Source: an uncultured virus (IMG/VR IMGVR_UViG_3300028591_000091)
Taxonomy: Duplodnaviria; Heunggongvirae; Uroviricota; Caudoviricetes
IMG/VR virus record: IMGVR_UViG_3300028591_000091
Direction: 5' to 3' (one strand)
DNA length: 49,500 nucleotides
Both the position numbers and the translations under genes were made by a program. The notes under the pieces are model-generated. The model did no database searches, had not been told where the DNA came from, and saw only the letters and a list, made by a program, of their open reading frames with translations. Shown here piece after piece: positions 35,582-45,385 of the stretch. The first letter of the stretch is position 1; every line of letters starts with the position of its first letter.

Positions 35582-35968
35582 ATGAATAAAAGTAGCGAAG
35601 ACATTGAAGGCCCCAAGAAGAATATATTTGGGGATACTATGTCAGAAGATGATTTTTTGAAAGATGAAGATGAAGAGTTTGATATGATCAATGAAGAAGG
35701 GCATTGTGAAGTTTTTGATGCTGTCATGAGTGCTATCTTCCTATCTAGACCATTGGGAATTTTATTTGATGAGGATCTTATAATAGATTTTTTACAAAGT
35801 AGAAAATATAGGATTGTAGAGAGAACTGACGACGATGGAGAAGTTTATTCTGTTCCTGTTAAAGTTGGTTCAAAAGTTATTCCCGACAGTAAAAGTGCTC
35901 TTAGAAAAGTTTTCGATCGTGAAGTACAAGAAACTCTTATTACGTGGATGAAATCAATTAAAAAATAA
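35582..35968 (+). CDS. acidic hypothetical protein
   Basis: Start moved to ATG 35582 because the longer ORF start overlaps the promoter motif. Confidence 0.75.
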   Translation: MNKSSEDIEGPKKNIFGDTMSEDDFLKDEDEEFDMINEEGHCEVFDAVMSAIFLSRPLGILFDEDLIIDFLQSRKYRIVERTDDDGEVYSVPVKVGSKVIPDSKSALRKVFDREVQETLITWMKSIKK

Positions 35969-35970
35969 AT

Positions 35971-37476
35971 ATGACACAAGAAGAGTTATTAGTAAAATGG
36001 AAAGTTTTAGTAGATGCTTGTAAATCTTATTATATTGATTCTGTTCCTACTGGCATGCTTGATTCTGAATATGATGATATGGAAAGACAAGCTGCAAATG
36101 AAGGTTTATTTGTTCGTGATTATGTATTCAATACATTCATGCAAGGTAAAAGAGCAAAGAATCAATATATAGAAAAGATAAAGAAAACAAAAGTGGAGGG
36201 AATGTCTATGTTAGATGCCCTTACTAAATTTCAATCTGAGTATGGTAAAAAAATCTACTGTGACTTAAAATATGATGGATCAAGTATAGCAATTTATCTA
36301 GACTCTACTACCGGAAAAGTTAGAGATATTGTAACTACTGGTAATTTAAATATTGAAGATTGTGGAATATCTCAAATGGGAAAATTGATTGGATTTATGC
36401 CCGATTGTTTTCCTAAAGGTATTGTAGCGATTCAATGTGAGGCTTTAGTAGATATTAATAGAATGTCCGGAGACAGTACTAGTAAAGAAAGAGCTAGACA
36501 AAAAGCAAATTCTTTAATAACTAGTAAATATCTAGCGGATGAAGTAAATCAACTTTTAACTCTTCGTGCATATCGTTATTATACAGATGATAGTCCTAAT
36601 GGAATAGCTATACGTGGAATGGATTATAGAGATGTTTTAAAATCATTTCCTATAGTTAGATCAAGAATAGATGGTCATTTTAAGTTTGTTCCGGCAGATT
36701 CTTGGACAATAGAAGAATTACAAAATAAGCCCGAAGGATTTACTGAGACTGACTGTACGATGACTTCCACTGGTTTATTCCAAAATGATGGGTGGGTTAT
36801 GTATTCAGAAAAAGGAGAATGTTTAGGTGCTTTAAAATATGCTGGAGCAGGATCTGGTTCTGAACGAATAATAACTACTATCAAAGGAATACAGTGGAAT
36901 AATCAAGTACCAAAAGGAAAAGATTCTTGGTCTGCAAATGTTATGATAGAACCAGTAACAGTTAGAGGATGTACAATTAAGAAACCCTCTGCAGGTTCTG
37001 TTGATAAACTTGTGAAAGAGAATAGAACTGCAGGTGCGGAGGTTACTATTATATTAGCAAACTCCACAATTCCACAAATAGGAGAAACATTAAAACCCGG
37101 AAACGGAGATTTTCAATGGCCTACCTGTTCTTGTGGTCATATAATGTCCGAAAAAGACGTCTTTGGTTCTCTTCTTAAATGCAGTAATCCAGATTGTTCA
37201 GAAAGAAAAGATAGAATGAGAAAATATCTTGATTCGCTTTCTTCTCCTTCTGAAATAGACCTTAATAAGTTTTTGGTAATTGATCGTTTTAAATGGGAGA
37301 CAACAGATGTAAATCTTACAAAACTTTTAGACTTTGTCAAAAAGGAAGATCCTGATTCCTATAAAGAATATTTAATGTCTTTTATGGGAACCAGTTTGAG
37401 AAAAAGAAACATGGAAGTTGTCTGGAAAGCATCTTATACAGTGTTACATGAGAAGTTTACAGGATATCAGAATTGA
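35971..37476 (+). CDS. ligA: NAD-dependent DNA ligase (compact, no BRCT)
   Basis: Ia domain YY....MLDSEYD, adenylation motif LKYDG, QCEA, NDGW, ANSTIPQI, C4 zinc finger CSC...CSNPDC. Confidence 0.9.
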   Translation: MTQEELLVKWKVLVDACKSYYIDSVPTGMLDSEYDDMERQAANEGLFVRDYVFNTFMQGKRAKNQYIEKIKKTKVEGMSMLDALTKFQSEYGKKIYCDLKYDGSSIAIYLDSTTGKVRDIVTTGNLNIEDCGISQMGKLIGFMPDCFPKGIVAIQCEALVDINRMSGDSTSKERARQKANSLITSKYLADEVNQLLTLRAYRYYTDDSPNGIAIRGMDYRDVLKSFPIVRSRIDGHFKFVPADSWTIEELQNKPEGFTETDCTMTSTGLFQNDGWVMYSEKGECLGALKYAGAGSGSERIITTIKGIQWNNQVPKGKDSWSANVMIEPVTVRGCTIKKPSAGSVDKLVKENRTAGAEVTIILANSTIPQIGETLKPGNGDFQWPTCSCGHIMSEKDVFGSLLKCSNPDCSERKDRMRKYLDSLSSPSEIDLNKFLVIDRFKWETTDVNLTKLLDFVKKEDPDSYKEYLMSFMGTSLRKRNMEVVWKASYTVLHEKFTGYQN

Positions 37477-37942
37477 TGTAGTTCGAATGGGGAAAGAAGT
37501 TAAAGTATCCCCTATTTTTGAAGAGAGATTTAAAGAGTTGAACGATTACCTAATGAGAAAGTTTAACTGTTCTGAGTTCAAATTGGAAGATTTCGAGATT
37601 GATAAAATAGATAACTCAAAATTTGAAAGCACTATTTTAAAATTTGCTATCTGTAAAGCTTTTGGAATCCCTGTTTATTCCGGGCCTAATAATCCTTGGT
37701 TTGATTGTTTTACTATTACAAGAACTGAAGATTTGTTAGGATATCATGGTTCGTCTAATTACATGACTACCAAGTATGATTTGACATTGAATAAGATTAT
37801 AAAATATGAAATTTATGATCTTATTACAGTATCAGAAGAACAGATAGAATTCATTAGAAGCTTTAAAGAAAAATATAGAGATCTTAAAGATAATCTTGAG
37901 ACTATAAAGTCTGATTTCTTCCCTTTAATGATTAGTGAATGA
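37451..37942 (+). CDS. hypothetical protein
   Basis: ORF overlapping the ligase end; start approximate (ATG of MRSLQD near 37449-37451). Confidence 0.7.
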   Translation, partial: RSLQDIRIDVVRMGKEVKVSPIFEERFKELNDYLMRKFNCSEFKLEDFEIDKIDNSKFESTILKFAICKAFGIPVYSGPNNPWFDCFTITRTEDLLGYHGSSNYMTTKYDLTLNKIIKYEIYDLITVSEEQIEFIRSFKEKYRDLKDNLETIKSDFFPLMISE

Positions 37943-38304
37943 AGATAACAAAAGACGATAAAGAGTTTCCTGAATCTACTATCTTATCCTATAGAATACT
38001 AAAGAGGAATGGCCTTTTGAAAATAACTGATTTTTGGAGGGCCCTTTCTTTAGTATTTGGATTAAAAGAATTTGAAATACTAAATCTCAACTCACCACAT
38101 ATCTTTGAGTTTGAGTCTTATATTATGGATCTTTTAATAGATTGGAGAAATGGAGAACCTATTGAATTTGATAATCTTGAAAATGCAATTTATTCATTTG
38201 GAGAATTTACAGAGATGGAAAAATTGTTATTTCAATTAGGAAATTTACAACATAGATTATGGGCGATTTATTTATATTTGATCGACCCAAATATGAACTT
38301 ATAA
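37939..38304 (+). CDS. hypothetical protein
   Basis: 121-aa ORF with ATGA overlap. Confidence 0.75.
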   Translation: MKITKDDKEFPESTILSYRILKRNGLLKITDFWRALSLVFGLKEFEILNLNSPHIFEFESYIMDLLIDWRNGEPIEFDNLENAIYSFGEFTEMEKLLFQLGNLQHRLWAIYLYLIDPNMNL

Positions 38305-38315
38305 AATAATAAAAA

Positions 38316-38939
38316 ATGATAGAAATTAGTTTGATTCAGATTCCTGCTGATGAATGGACAAGTACAGTAGGAACGTGTATCGCCCGTAATCGATTTGATA
38401 AAGAAGCTATGGGCGTAACTATTGAGGAATTCGCTCGTGGTTTCCTTAAAGAAAATCTTGAAAAGTTTGAGAATGGTATTGGAAGTGCTGAGTTAACTGA
38501 GCTCATCAATTCTAGTGGTTTCTTTGGTCGTAAAGATTTAGCTTGTGTAAATTATTATCTGTCAAAAGTTGGTTATCAAGTTAAGATCTTCAATGTGACA
38601 GACGACGAGGTTGATGCTACTGGTGTTCCTAGTGGTGAGATCGTAGAATGGAATGTTATTGATCGTAATTTCCTTCAGTTTGATTATCCCACTGCTATTA
38701 AGATCATTCCTGGAGAGGGACTTGATGTTCCTGGAGTATTACATCAAGTTATTGATCAGATTGGTGTTTTTGATGCCGATAAATTTGCTGGTCTTAAAAA
38801 TCCTTTTACAGATCTCTTAAATGCAATGGACGCTATCAAATCTACAACAGGCGGAGTAAATACTGGTGTTACTACTAGAATTTATGGCCTTCTTGATCAG
38901 GTTGGAATTGATCTGTTATGTCTTAGAGGAGAAGATTAA
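38316..38939 (+). CDS. hypothetical protein
   Basis: 207-aa ORF. Confidence 0.85.
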   Translation: MIEISLIQIPADEWTSTVGTCIARNRFDKEAMGVTIEEFARGFLKENLEKFENGIGSAELTELINSSGFFGRKDLACVNYYLSKVGYQVKIFNVTDDEVDATGVPSGEIVEWNVIDRNFLQFDYPTAIKIIPGEGLDVPGVLHQVIDQIGVFDADKFAGLKNPFTDLLNAMDAIKSTTGGVNTGVTTRIYGLLDQVGIDLLCLRGED

Positions 38940-39382
38940 TGACTACTTTACAAAATGATTTAATAGAGATTTATAATTCCCTAGTATTGTTTAGTAATGA
39001 TATTATAGAATTACCAAATCCTTCTCCTATAAAAGTTTATTATGAGAAAGAATCCAGACTTCTTGTAATGGAACTTAAAGGAAAGTCTGTTAGATTATGG
39101 ACTCCAGTCTATTATTGTTTAGGTTTGGAAGATCTAGAAAAACCTACATATCTTCTTCCTGAGGATTATGATTTCTTAATGTCTGAACTTAAACGTATAA
39201 TAGACTCTGGACTTTTACTACAAGAAAGAACAAGCCTAAGTCCTGAAAATTATGGATTTAATATCTATGCAGTAAATCGAACAGAACTTTGGAAAGGACC
39301 CGAAATTAAAGCAGGAATATTCTTTATATCAGGTCATGGTTGGTTATTTAGATGGTTAGTAAAAAGAAAATACAAGTTATAA
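38939..39382 (+). CDS. hypothetical protein
   Basis: 147-aa ORF with TAATG overlap. Confidence 0.8.
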   Translation: MTTLQNDLIEIYNSLVLFSNDIIELPNPSPIKVYYEKESRLLVMELKGKSVRLWTPVYYCLGLEDLEKPTYLLPEDYDFLMSELKRIIDSGLLLQERTSLSPENYGFNIYAVNRTELWKGPEIKAGIFFISGHGWLFRWLVKRKYKL

Positions 39383-39383
39383 T

Positions 39384-39845
39384 ATGAAAATTAAAGAAAA
39401 AGATTTAATTATTACAGACCCTTGTTATATAGCCTTAGATAAAGATTGGGGTGAGTCTTTTAATTATGATGATTATGTAATAGATAGTCCTGAGTTTAGT
39501 CAGTATATGTGGGAAAGTACAGGATATGGGGATGGTAGCCCTAAAGTTCTTAATGTTCCTTCACAAACTACACCAGAAGAATATATAAATGATTTGGTAG
39601 AGCTTGATGAGGATGATAAAGATATAATAGGAAAGTGTGCAGTTGATTCTGGTACTTTCGGAGTATTCATTCTGGAAGAAGTTCTAAAATATAATCCAGA
39701 TTTTCTTGATGAACTTTCTAAAAGTTGCTATCATATTGTTAGAAATTTTTCAGGAATAGTTTATACAGGATATGATGAAGAAGAATATATACATTTTATT
39801 CTGAAACCGGAGGACTCACAGAAATACTCAATTATAACCGACTAA
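39384..39845 (+). CDS. conserved acidic phage protein (DPCY...GYGDG...VDSG pattern)
   Basis: LIITDPCYI, TGYGDG, VDSGTFGVF. Confidence 0.75.
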   Translation: MKIKEKDLIITDPCYIALDKDWGESFNYDDYVIDSPEFSQYMWESTGYGDGSPKVLNVPSQTTPEEYINDLVELDEDDKDIIGKCAVDSGTFGVFILEEVLKYNPDFLDELSKSCYHIVRNFSGIVYTGYDEEEYIHFILKPEDSQKYSIITD

Positions 39846-39848
39846 ATT

Positions 39849-40289
39849 ATGAAATTACCTATTATAAATACTTCCGGATATCCTAACCCTGAATATGCTT
39901 ATGAGTGGGATTCTGGAATGGATATTAGAACATGTATTAAAGAACCAAAAACACTTCAACCTTTAGAAAGATTCTTATTTCCAACCGGCATAAAAATCGA
40001 CATACCTAAAGGCTTCGAAATACAAGTACGTCCTAGATCTGGTCTCGCACTAAAACATGGCATAACAGTTTTAAATACGCCAGGCACTATTGACAGCGGT
40101 TTTAGGAACGAGATTGGAGTTATCCTAGTCAACTTATCAAATGAACCTTACACAATACAACCTGGCGAAAGAATAGCTCAACTAGTTTATGCCAAAGTTG
40201 AAAAGTGCGAGGGTTTTCAGGACGTAACAGAATTCGAAGGAAAAACATGTCGTGGGGAAGCCGGTTATGGATCTTCAGGCTTAAAATAA
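39849..40289 (+). CDS. dut: trimeric dUTPase
   Basis: Motifs SGMDI, RPRSGLA, GTIDSGFR, ERIAQL, RGEAGYGSSG. Confidence 0.97.
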   Translation: MKLPIINTSGYPNPEYAYEWDSGMDIRTCIKEPKTLQPLERFLFPTGIKIDIPKGFEIQVRPRSGLALKHGITVLNTPGTIDSGFRNEIGVILVNLSNEPYTIQPGERIAQLVYAKVEKCEGFQDVTEFEGKTCRGEAGYGSSGLK

Positions 40290-40298
40290 TTTAATGTT

Positions 40299-40745
40299 AT
40301 GGAAAAAACAAAGAAAAAGATATCAGTAGAAAAGACAATTAGTGAAGAAGAATCAAAACAGGTAGAGAGAATGAGAATATATGGATTTGAGGACTCTATG
40401 CAGGTGGCTAGAGAACTTATGGGCAAAATTCAAGAAAACTTATTACAAGGAGATCTTATGTTTGCTTATAGGTCAAGTTCATCCTCAAATAAAACTTCAC
40501 TTTATCAGGTCGTTGTAGTAAATGATCTAAGAAGAGGAGCTGATGGAATTATATACTCAACTGATAAATTCTCTATTAGTATTGTCACTTCTGGTTATAC
40601 TGCTTATCTTCCACATATGCCAATAGAATATCTGGATGAGGTAACAAAAGATCTAGTGGAAGGAAAAGCAGAACAGAGAATAGTAGAAAATTTTAAAAAT
40701 ATTGTTGAAGACTTTAAAACTAAAATAAAGGGAGGAAAAGTATGA
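40299..40745 (+). CDS. hypothetical protein
   Basis: 148-aa ORF coupled (ATGA) to the actin-like gene. Confidence 0.8.
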   Translation: MEKTKKKISVEKTISEEESKQVERMRIYGFEDSMQVARELMGKIQENLLQGDLMFAYRSSSSSNKTSLYQVVVVNDLRRGADGIIYSTDKFSISIVTSGYTAYLPHMPIEYLDEVTKDLVEGKAEQRIVENFKNIVEDFKTKIKGGKV

Positions 40746-41752
40746 GATTAATTGCAATTGACCTTGGGTATAGTAACGTCAAGGTGGTTTACTATAATGA
40801 AGATGGTGCTCTACAGTTTGATAAATATATTAGTTCTGTAGCAAAGATTGATAATGCTCTAGAAATAGATAATGATATAATGTTCAATCTAGGTTCCGAC
40901 ACTTTTGTAATGGGAGCGGCATCTCTTAAGCTTGGAAGAAATTATTTGGTAGACTTGAAAGATTATGATAGTCTAAAAAGTATCTACCCCGTTTGGATTT
41001 CTTACATTCTATCTAAGTATGGTGGAGTCGATAGTTTTGATCATGTTATCATAGGTCTATCTCTCGCTTTCTCAGATAAAGCAGATGATCTCTTAACTCA
41101 TCTTTATAATACTCTGATGATAGAAAAGGATAACTATTTCTATGTTCTTCCCCAAGCCCTATCATGTAAATTGGGTTATAGTTTAAAAGGTCTCGACATA
41201 ACAGATACAAATACAGGATCAATGGGCGAAGCTTCTCTCAATAATTATCTTATTGTTGATGGTGGTTTCTATACATTGGACTGGGCAACCGTTATTGGCT
41301 CTAAGGCTAGTGCTGGTGCGGCTGTTGGTATAAAGGATAGCGGGGTTATTAGAATAGTTTATAACATTATAGACTACTTGTTTAAGACGTATCAGATTCG
41401 CGCTGCTCTCAAAGAAGGACAAAATATTCTTGATAATGGAGGAGTATTTATTCGAAGAGGTAGACGATATGATATTTCTGAACAAGTAAAAGAATTCACA
41501 AAGAAATATATTGGAGACGTTTTTGATCTCCTTGAAAATCAGGCAGCAGACTCACTAGACGCTTCTGATGGTATTATTTGTGTAGGTGGTTTGGCATATT
41601 TCTTAGCAAAGTATGAAAACGACCCTGATGTTAGTGCTGAAATAGAAAAGCATGTATCTAAATCATTCCTCCACTATCCTACTCATCATGCAGAGTTCTT
41701 TAATGCATATTCTTATCTTAAAGCAGGTGAGAAAATGTTAGGACTCATTTAG
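40742..41752 (+). CDS. ParM/StbA-like actin-family ATPase
   Basis: Phosphate-1 IAIDLGYSNVK, connect YVLPQA, phosphate-2 LIVDGGFYTLD, adenosine IICVGGLA, terminal AEFFNA. Confidence 0.88.
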   Translation: MRLIAIDLGYSNVKVVYYNEDGALQFDKYISSVAKIDNALEIDNDIMFNLGSDTFVMGAASLKLGRNYLVDLKDYDSLKSIYPVWISYILSKYGGVDSFDHVIIGLSLAFSDKADDLLTHLYNTLMIEKDNYFYVLPQALSCKLGYSLKGLDITDTNTGSMGEASLNNYLIVDGGFYTLDWATVIGSKASAGAAVGIKDSGVIRIVYNIIDYLFKTYQIRAALKEGQNILDNGGVFIRRGRRYDISEQVKEFTKKYIGDVFDLLENQAADSLDASDGIICVGGLAYFLAKYENDPDVSAEIEKHVSKSFLHYPTHHAEFFNAYSYLKAGEKMLGLI

Positions 41753-41824
41753 AAAACTTAAGGATTATGACAACCGAGTACAAAGCTCTAGTCATAATTC
41801 TTTTTAATTACGGATATTAACAAA

Positions 41825-42337
41825 ATGGCAGATAAGGTATGTTATGGCCAGCCTTATATTCTCAATGATCAACTTATTCAAGATACCGTTACTTTTTCAG
41901 AAGGAGGACAGGTTTATAATGGAACAAATGTAGTAATTGAAAATATCTGGGAAGATCTAATGGCTGGATCACATCAGTATAAGAAGTCCGGAAAGAAATA
42001 TTTTTATTGGGAAGTTAGTGTTACAAATGACGAGGATGAACTTATTACAATTAAGTTTGAATGCCCTAATCCCAAACCCGGACTTTTTGATAGTACAGGG
42101 ATGGTTGAAGAACTGAATCCCGAAGATTATGAAGGCGATTATCCTAAATATTGGGCTGAAAAAATAAATGAGGCCAAGAAAAATTATGAGGATAAGATGG
42201 CTATTCAAAAGAAAGAAATTGTGTTTGCCGAAAATACTACAGTTAACTATGAGGATGGTTCTATTGTAGTAAATGAAAAGTATTCGGTAAAGAACAATGA
42301 CTTAGGGTTTATTGAAAAACTTCTTTCAATTTTCTAA
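41825..42337 (+). CDS. acidic hypothetical protein
   Basis: 170-aa ORF. Confidence 0.8.
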   Translation: MADKVCYGQPYILNDQLIQDTVTFSEGGQVYNGTNVVIENIWEDLMAGSHQYKKSGKKYFYWEVSVTNDEDELITIKFECPNPKPGLFDSTGMVEELNPEDYEGDYPKYWAEKINEAKKNYEDKMAIQKKEIVFAENTTVNYEDGSIVVNEKYSVKNNDLGFIEKLLSIF

Positions 42338-42475
42338 GATTATAAATTGAAGTATTTTAAAATGAAGAAAACAATAGAAAACCCAAGCAAAATAGAGATT
42401 ACTTAGGCTATAAGAGTCTCTATTTTCTTTCCCGCTTTTGTGTGTTGTAGCGTAGGAAAGAGGTTTTAAATGATT

Positions 42476-42512
42476 AAAACGCGTGTCAGACGTCTTTAAC
42501 CCTTTATTTATG
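42476..42512 (+). promoter_or_regulatory. putative bipartite phage promoter
   Basis: AAAACGCGT(42476-42484)-17 nt-CTTTATTTATG(42502-42512); ATG follows 2 nt later. Confidence 0.65.
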
Positions 42513-42514
42513 GT

Positions 42515-42721
42515 ATGATGAAAAATTTGTTATACAGATTTAAGAAAACCGGCCACCTTTATAGAGTGGTCGAGAGTGAAGCGGAAATGAAAGATCCGAA
42601 AGTTAGAGATTGGAAAGAGTGTGTTATTTATCAATTTCAAGATACCAATAAAATTTATGTTAGAGAAAAATCTGACTTTAAAAAGAAGTTTGAAGTTTGT
42701 GAGGAGGAAGTAGATGATTAA
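42515..42721 (+). CDS. DUF1653-like small protein
   Basis: YRFKKTGHLYRVV...VIYQ......YVREKSDFKKKF pattern. Confidence 0.7.
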   Translation: MMKNLLYRFKKTGHLYRVVESEAEMKDPKVRDWKECVIYQFQDTNKIYVREKSDFKKKFEVCEEEVDD

Positions 42722-43274
42722 AATTTATTATGGTTTATCAGGGACTCTTAAAAGTACAACAATAAATTGTACAGCGGGAGTAGAAACAAATGTAATCAGG
42801 AGTGCAATAAAAAATTGGAAGTATAATAGAGATTTACTGTTCCCCTGGTTGAGTGATGAGACTAATCTAAATTATGCTTTACTACACCTAACAAGACTTC
42901 AAGAAGAGGTACATGATGGTTGTGATTTTATAATAGAACGTGGAGTAACAGACCCTCTCTACTATGAATATCAAAAACAGCCGAATTTAATAACACCAGA
43001 AGTTATAAAGAAAACTGTTGAAAGAGAAAATGAGATACTTGGAAATAGAGATATCCAACGAATTCTTATGATTATGGAGGATCGAGAATTTATATCTGAT
43101 AAAGTACTTGTTGAGAAAACCAGGAGATCTTGTTTTTCTGATGTTGATGATTACCTAAAGAGACAAAAAGATTATATTGAGTTTACTAAGACTTATAATA
43201 ATCTTTTTACAGAGAAAATTAGAATAATAGATGCTCGGGAATATCTGGGCACCTTAGGAATTGAAAATGTTTAA
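42714..43274 (+). CDS. P-loop nucleoside-monophosphate kinase-like protein
   Basis: YGLSGTLKST Walker A variant and FIIERGVTD (DR/ER motif of dNMP kinases); upstream of nrdD. Confidence 0.7.
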   Translation: MIKIYYGLSGTLKSTTINCTAGVETNVIRSAIKNWKYNRDLLFPWLSDETNLNYALLHLTRLQEEVHDGCDFIIERGVTDPLYYEYQKQPNLITPEVIKKTVERENEILGNRDIQRILMIMEDREFISDKVLVEKTRRSCFSDVDDYLKRQKDYIEFTKTYNNLFTEKIRIIDAREYLGTLGIENV

Positions 43275-43294
43275 CAATAAAATATTATTCCTAT

Positions 43295-44551
43295 ATGAGT
43301 GAAAATATTAGAGTAATTAAGAGAGATGGCAGAAAAACTAATTTCTCTGCAGAAAAAATGAAGTCTAGTATCTATCATGCAATGGAGAGAACCGATGTTG
43401 GTATTGATAGTAAAATAGCTTCAGGAATTGTTGATAAATTTCAAGAAAAAAATTCAGGAGAGATTTCAGTAGAGGTAATTCAAAACTTTATTGAAAATGA
43501 ATTGATGAAGTCTAAGTGCAAAGATGCTGCTAGAGAATTTATCAAAAACCGCCATGATAGAGATGTTGCTCGCGAAGCCAAAACAAAGGACATCTTTATG
43601 AGTATTGTTAATACTGTTAATAATGATGTCACCAGAGAAAACGCTAACATGAACAGCGACTCACCTGCTGGGATGATGATGAAGTTTGCATCAGAGACAA
43701 CTAAACCATTTGTAGATAATTATCTTTTATCGGATGAGGTAAGAGACGCAATAAAGTCGAATTATCTCCACGTCCATGACAAGGATTACTATCCTACAAA
43801 ATCTCTGACATGCCTTCAGCACCCTCTTGATAAAATACTTAGCGGTGGATTTAAGGCTGGTCATGGTGAAGCTAGAGGTGCTAAAAGAATTGAGACTGCT
43901 TCTATTCTTTCTGCTATTAGTATGGAAACTGTACAGAATGAACAGCATGGCGGTCAGGGAATTCCAGCATTTGATTTTTATCTAGCTCCGTATGTTCGTT
44001 TAACTTATATTGAAGAGCTTGAAAATTCTTTTGAATTGTTAGGCTTGGAGCTCACTGATGAAATTAGGAATGAAAATTTAAAAGATTATATAAAGAAAGA
44101 CATATCTAGTATTTCTGACCCAATTGAAAAAGCAAAACAATCTGCAATGAATAAAACGGTTTCACGCGTTCATCAATCAATGGAGTCGTTTGTACACAAT
44201 ATGAACTCAATCCATAGTAGAGGAGGAAACCAGGTTGTATTTAGTTCAATTAATTACGGAACAGATACTAGTGCTGAGGGTCGTTGTGTTATGAGAGAGC
44301 TTCTTTTATCCACAGATCGAGGTGTTGGAAATGGTGCTACAGCAATTTTCCCAATCCAGATTTGGAAACTTAAGAAAGGAGTGTCTTATCTTCCTGGTGA
44401 TCCTAACTATGATCTTTATGAATTAGCATGTAAAGTAAGTGCAAGAAGATTTTTCCCAAATTTCTTAAACTTAGATGCTACATTTAATGTAGATAAAGAT
44501 TGGAGAGAAGATGATCCTAAACGTTACGAACATGAAGTAGCAACCATGGGT
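43295..44551 (+). CDS. nrdD: anaerobic (class III) ribonucleoside-triphosphate reductase, exon 1
   Basis: ATP-cone VIKRDG, RENAN, HVHDKD, SLTCLQ, QNEQHGGQ, SRGGNQVVFSSIN, IFPI, RFFPNF; ends at ATMG. Confidence 0.95.
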
Positions 44552-45385
44552 AAGTGTAAACTACAGCTCATGTAAAATCTCTTGAACCGTGCTAACGGGT
44601 GTGCTCAGAAATGAGTGCTAATGGTTAGGCCCTAAAAAATAACCAGGGTGAGACCATGCTAAGCATCTTTAAGATATTCACATTAATTGAAATTTAAATT
44701 ATTATGTGGATATATAAAATAACTAATAAATTAAATGGGAAATCTTATATAGGTCAAACAAAAAGGCCAATAGAACAAAGATGGAGACGTCATGTTAATG
44801 ATGCAATGAATAATATATTAGATACCCATTTCGCTAGAGCCATAAGAAAATATGGTGAAAAATACTTTTCTGTAGAAGAGGTATGTAGTTCTGATTCACA
44901 AGATGAATTAAATCAGTTAGAACACTATTATATTCATAAATATAATTGTTTAGAAAATGAATATAATGAAACTGATTCAGTTTATAGGTGTGGTGGAAAT
45001 ACATATAATTCTAAAACAGAAGAAGAATTAAATATAATTAAGGATAAAATTCGTCAAACAAAATTAGGCGGATTAAATCCCAATTCAAAATCAATAAAAT
45101 TAATAGATAAGATAACAGGTGATGAATTAGTATTTTCATCTGTTAAAGAATGTTCTAATTATTTAGGACTTTCAACTCACCACCCAGTATCAAAAAGATT
45201 GACTGGGAATGTGAAAAAATTATTAAATGATAGATATGATTTTGAATATCTTAAGGATGAAAGTTTATCGACTATTGGTGATGAATGTAGCCAAGTAGGA
45301 GAGGAGATAAGCACCTCTTCGAAGCAGGAGACTCCTGAAAGGGAGAAGATATAGTCAGTGCCCTAGGTAACTAGGGATTAACATG
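44552..45385 (+). mobile_element. group I intron (IA-like) in nrdD carrying a GIY-YIG ORF
   Basis: P1 CATGGGT/GCTCATG with U-G at the splice site; P10 CTACA/TGTAG; stem CATCTTTAAGATATTC/GAATATCTTAAGGATG brackets the ORF; R ATCGACTA; S AAGATATAGTC; P9 CCCTAG/CTAGGG; terminal G. Splicing restores MG|CRT. Confidence 0.95.
44704..45354 (+). CDS. intron-encoded GIY-YIG homing endonuclease
   Basis: WIYKITN...SYIGQT...RWRRH...LEHYYI...YN; NUMOD1-like C-terminal FSSVKECSNYLG; the ORF end overlaps the ribozyme core. Confidence 0.92.
   Translation: MWIYKITNKLNGKSYIGQTKRPIEQRWRRHVNDAMNNILDTHFARAIRKYGEKYFSVEEVCSSDSQDELNQLEHYYIHKYNCLENEYNETDSVYRCGGNTYNSKTEEELNIIKDKIRQTKLGGLNPNSKSIKLIDKITGDELVFSSVKECSNYLGLSTHHPVSKRLTGNVKKLLNDRYDFEYLKDESLSTIGDECSQVGEEISTSSKQETPEREKI

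Noticed and set aside
41753..42470. parC-like centromere for the ParM-like gene
   Set aside because: Only hairpins are visible; no iterated direct repeats
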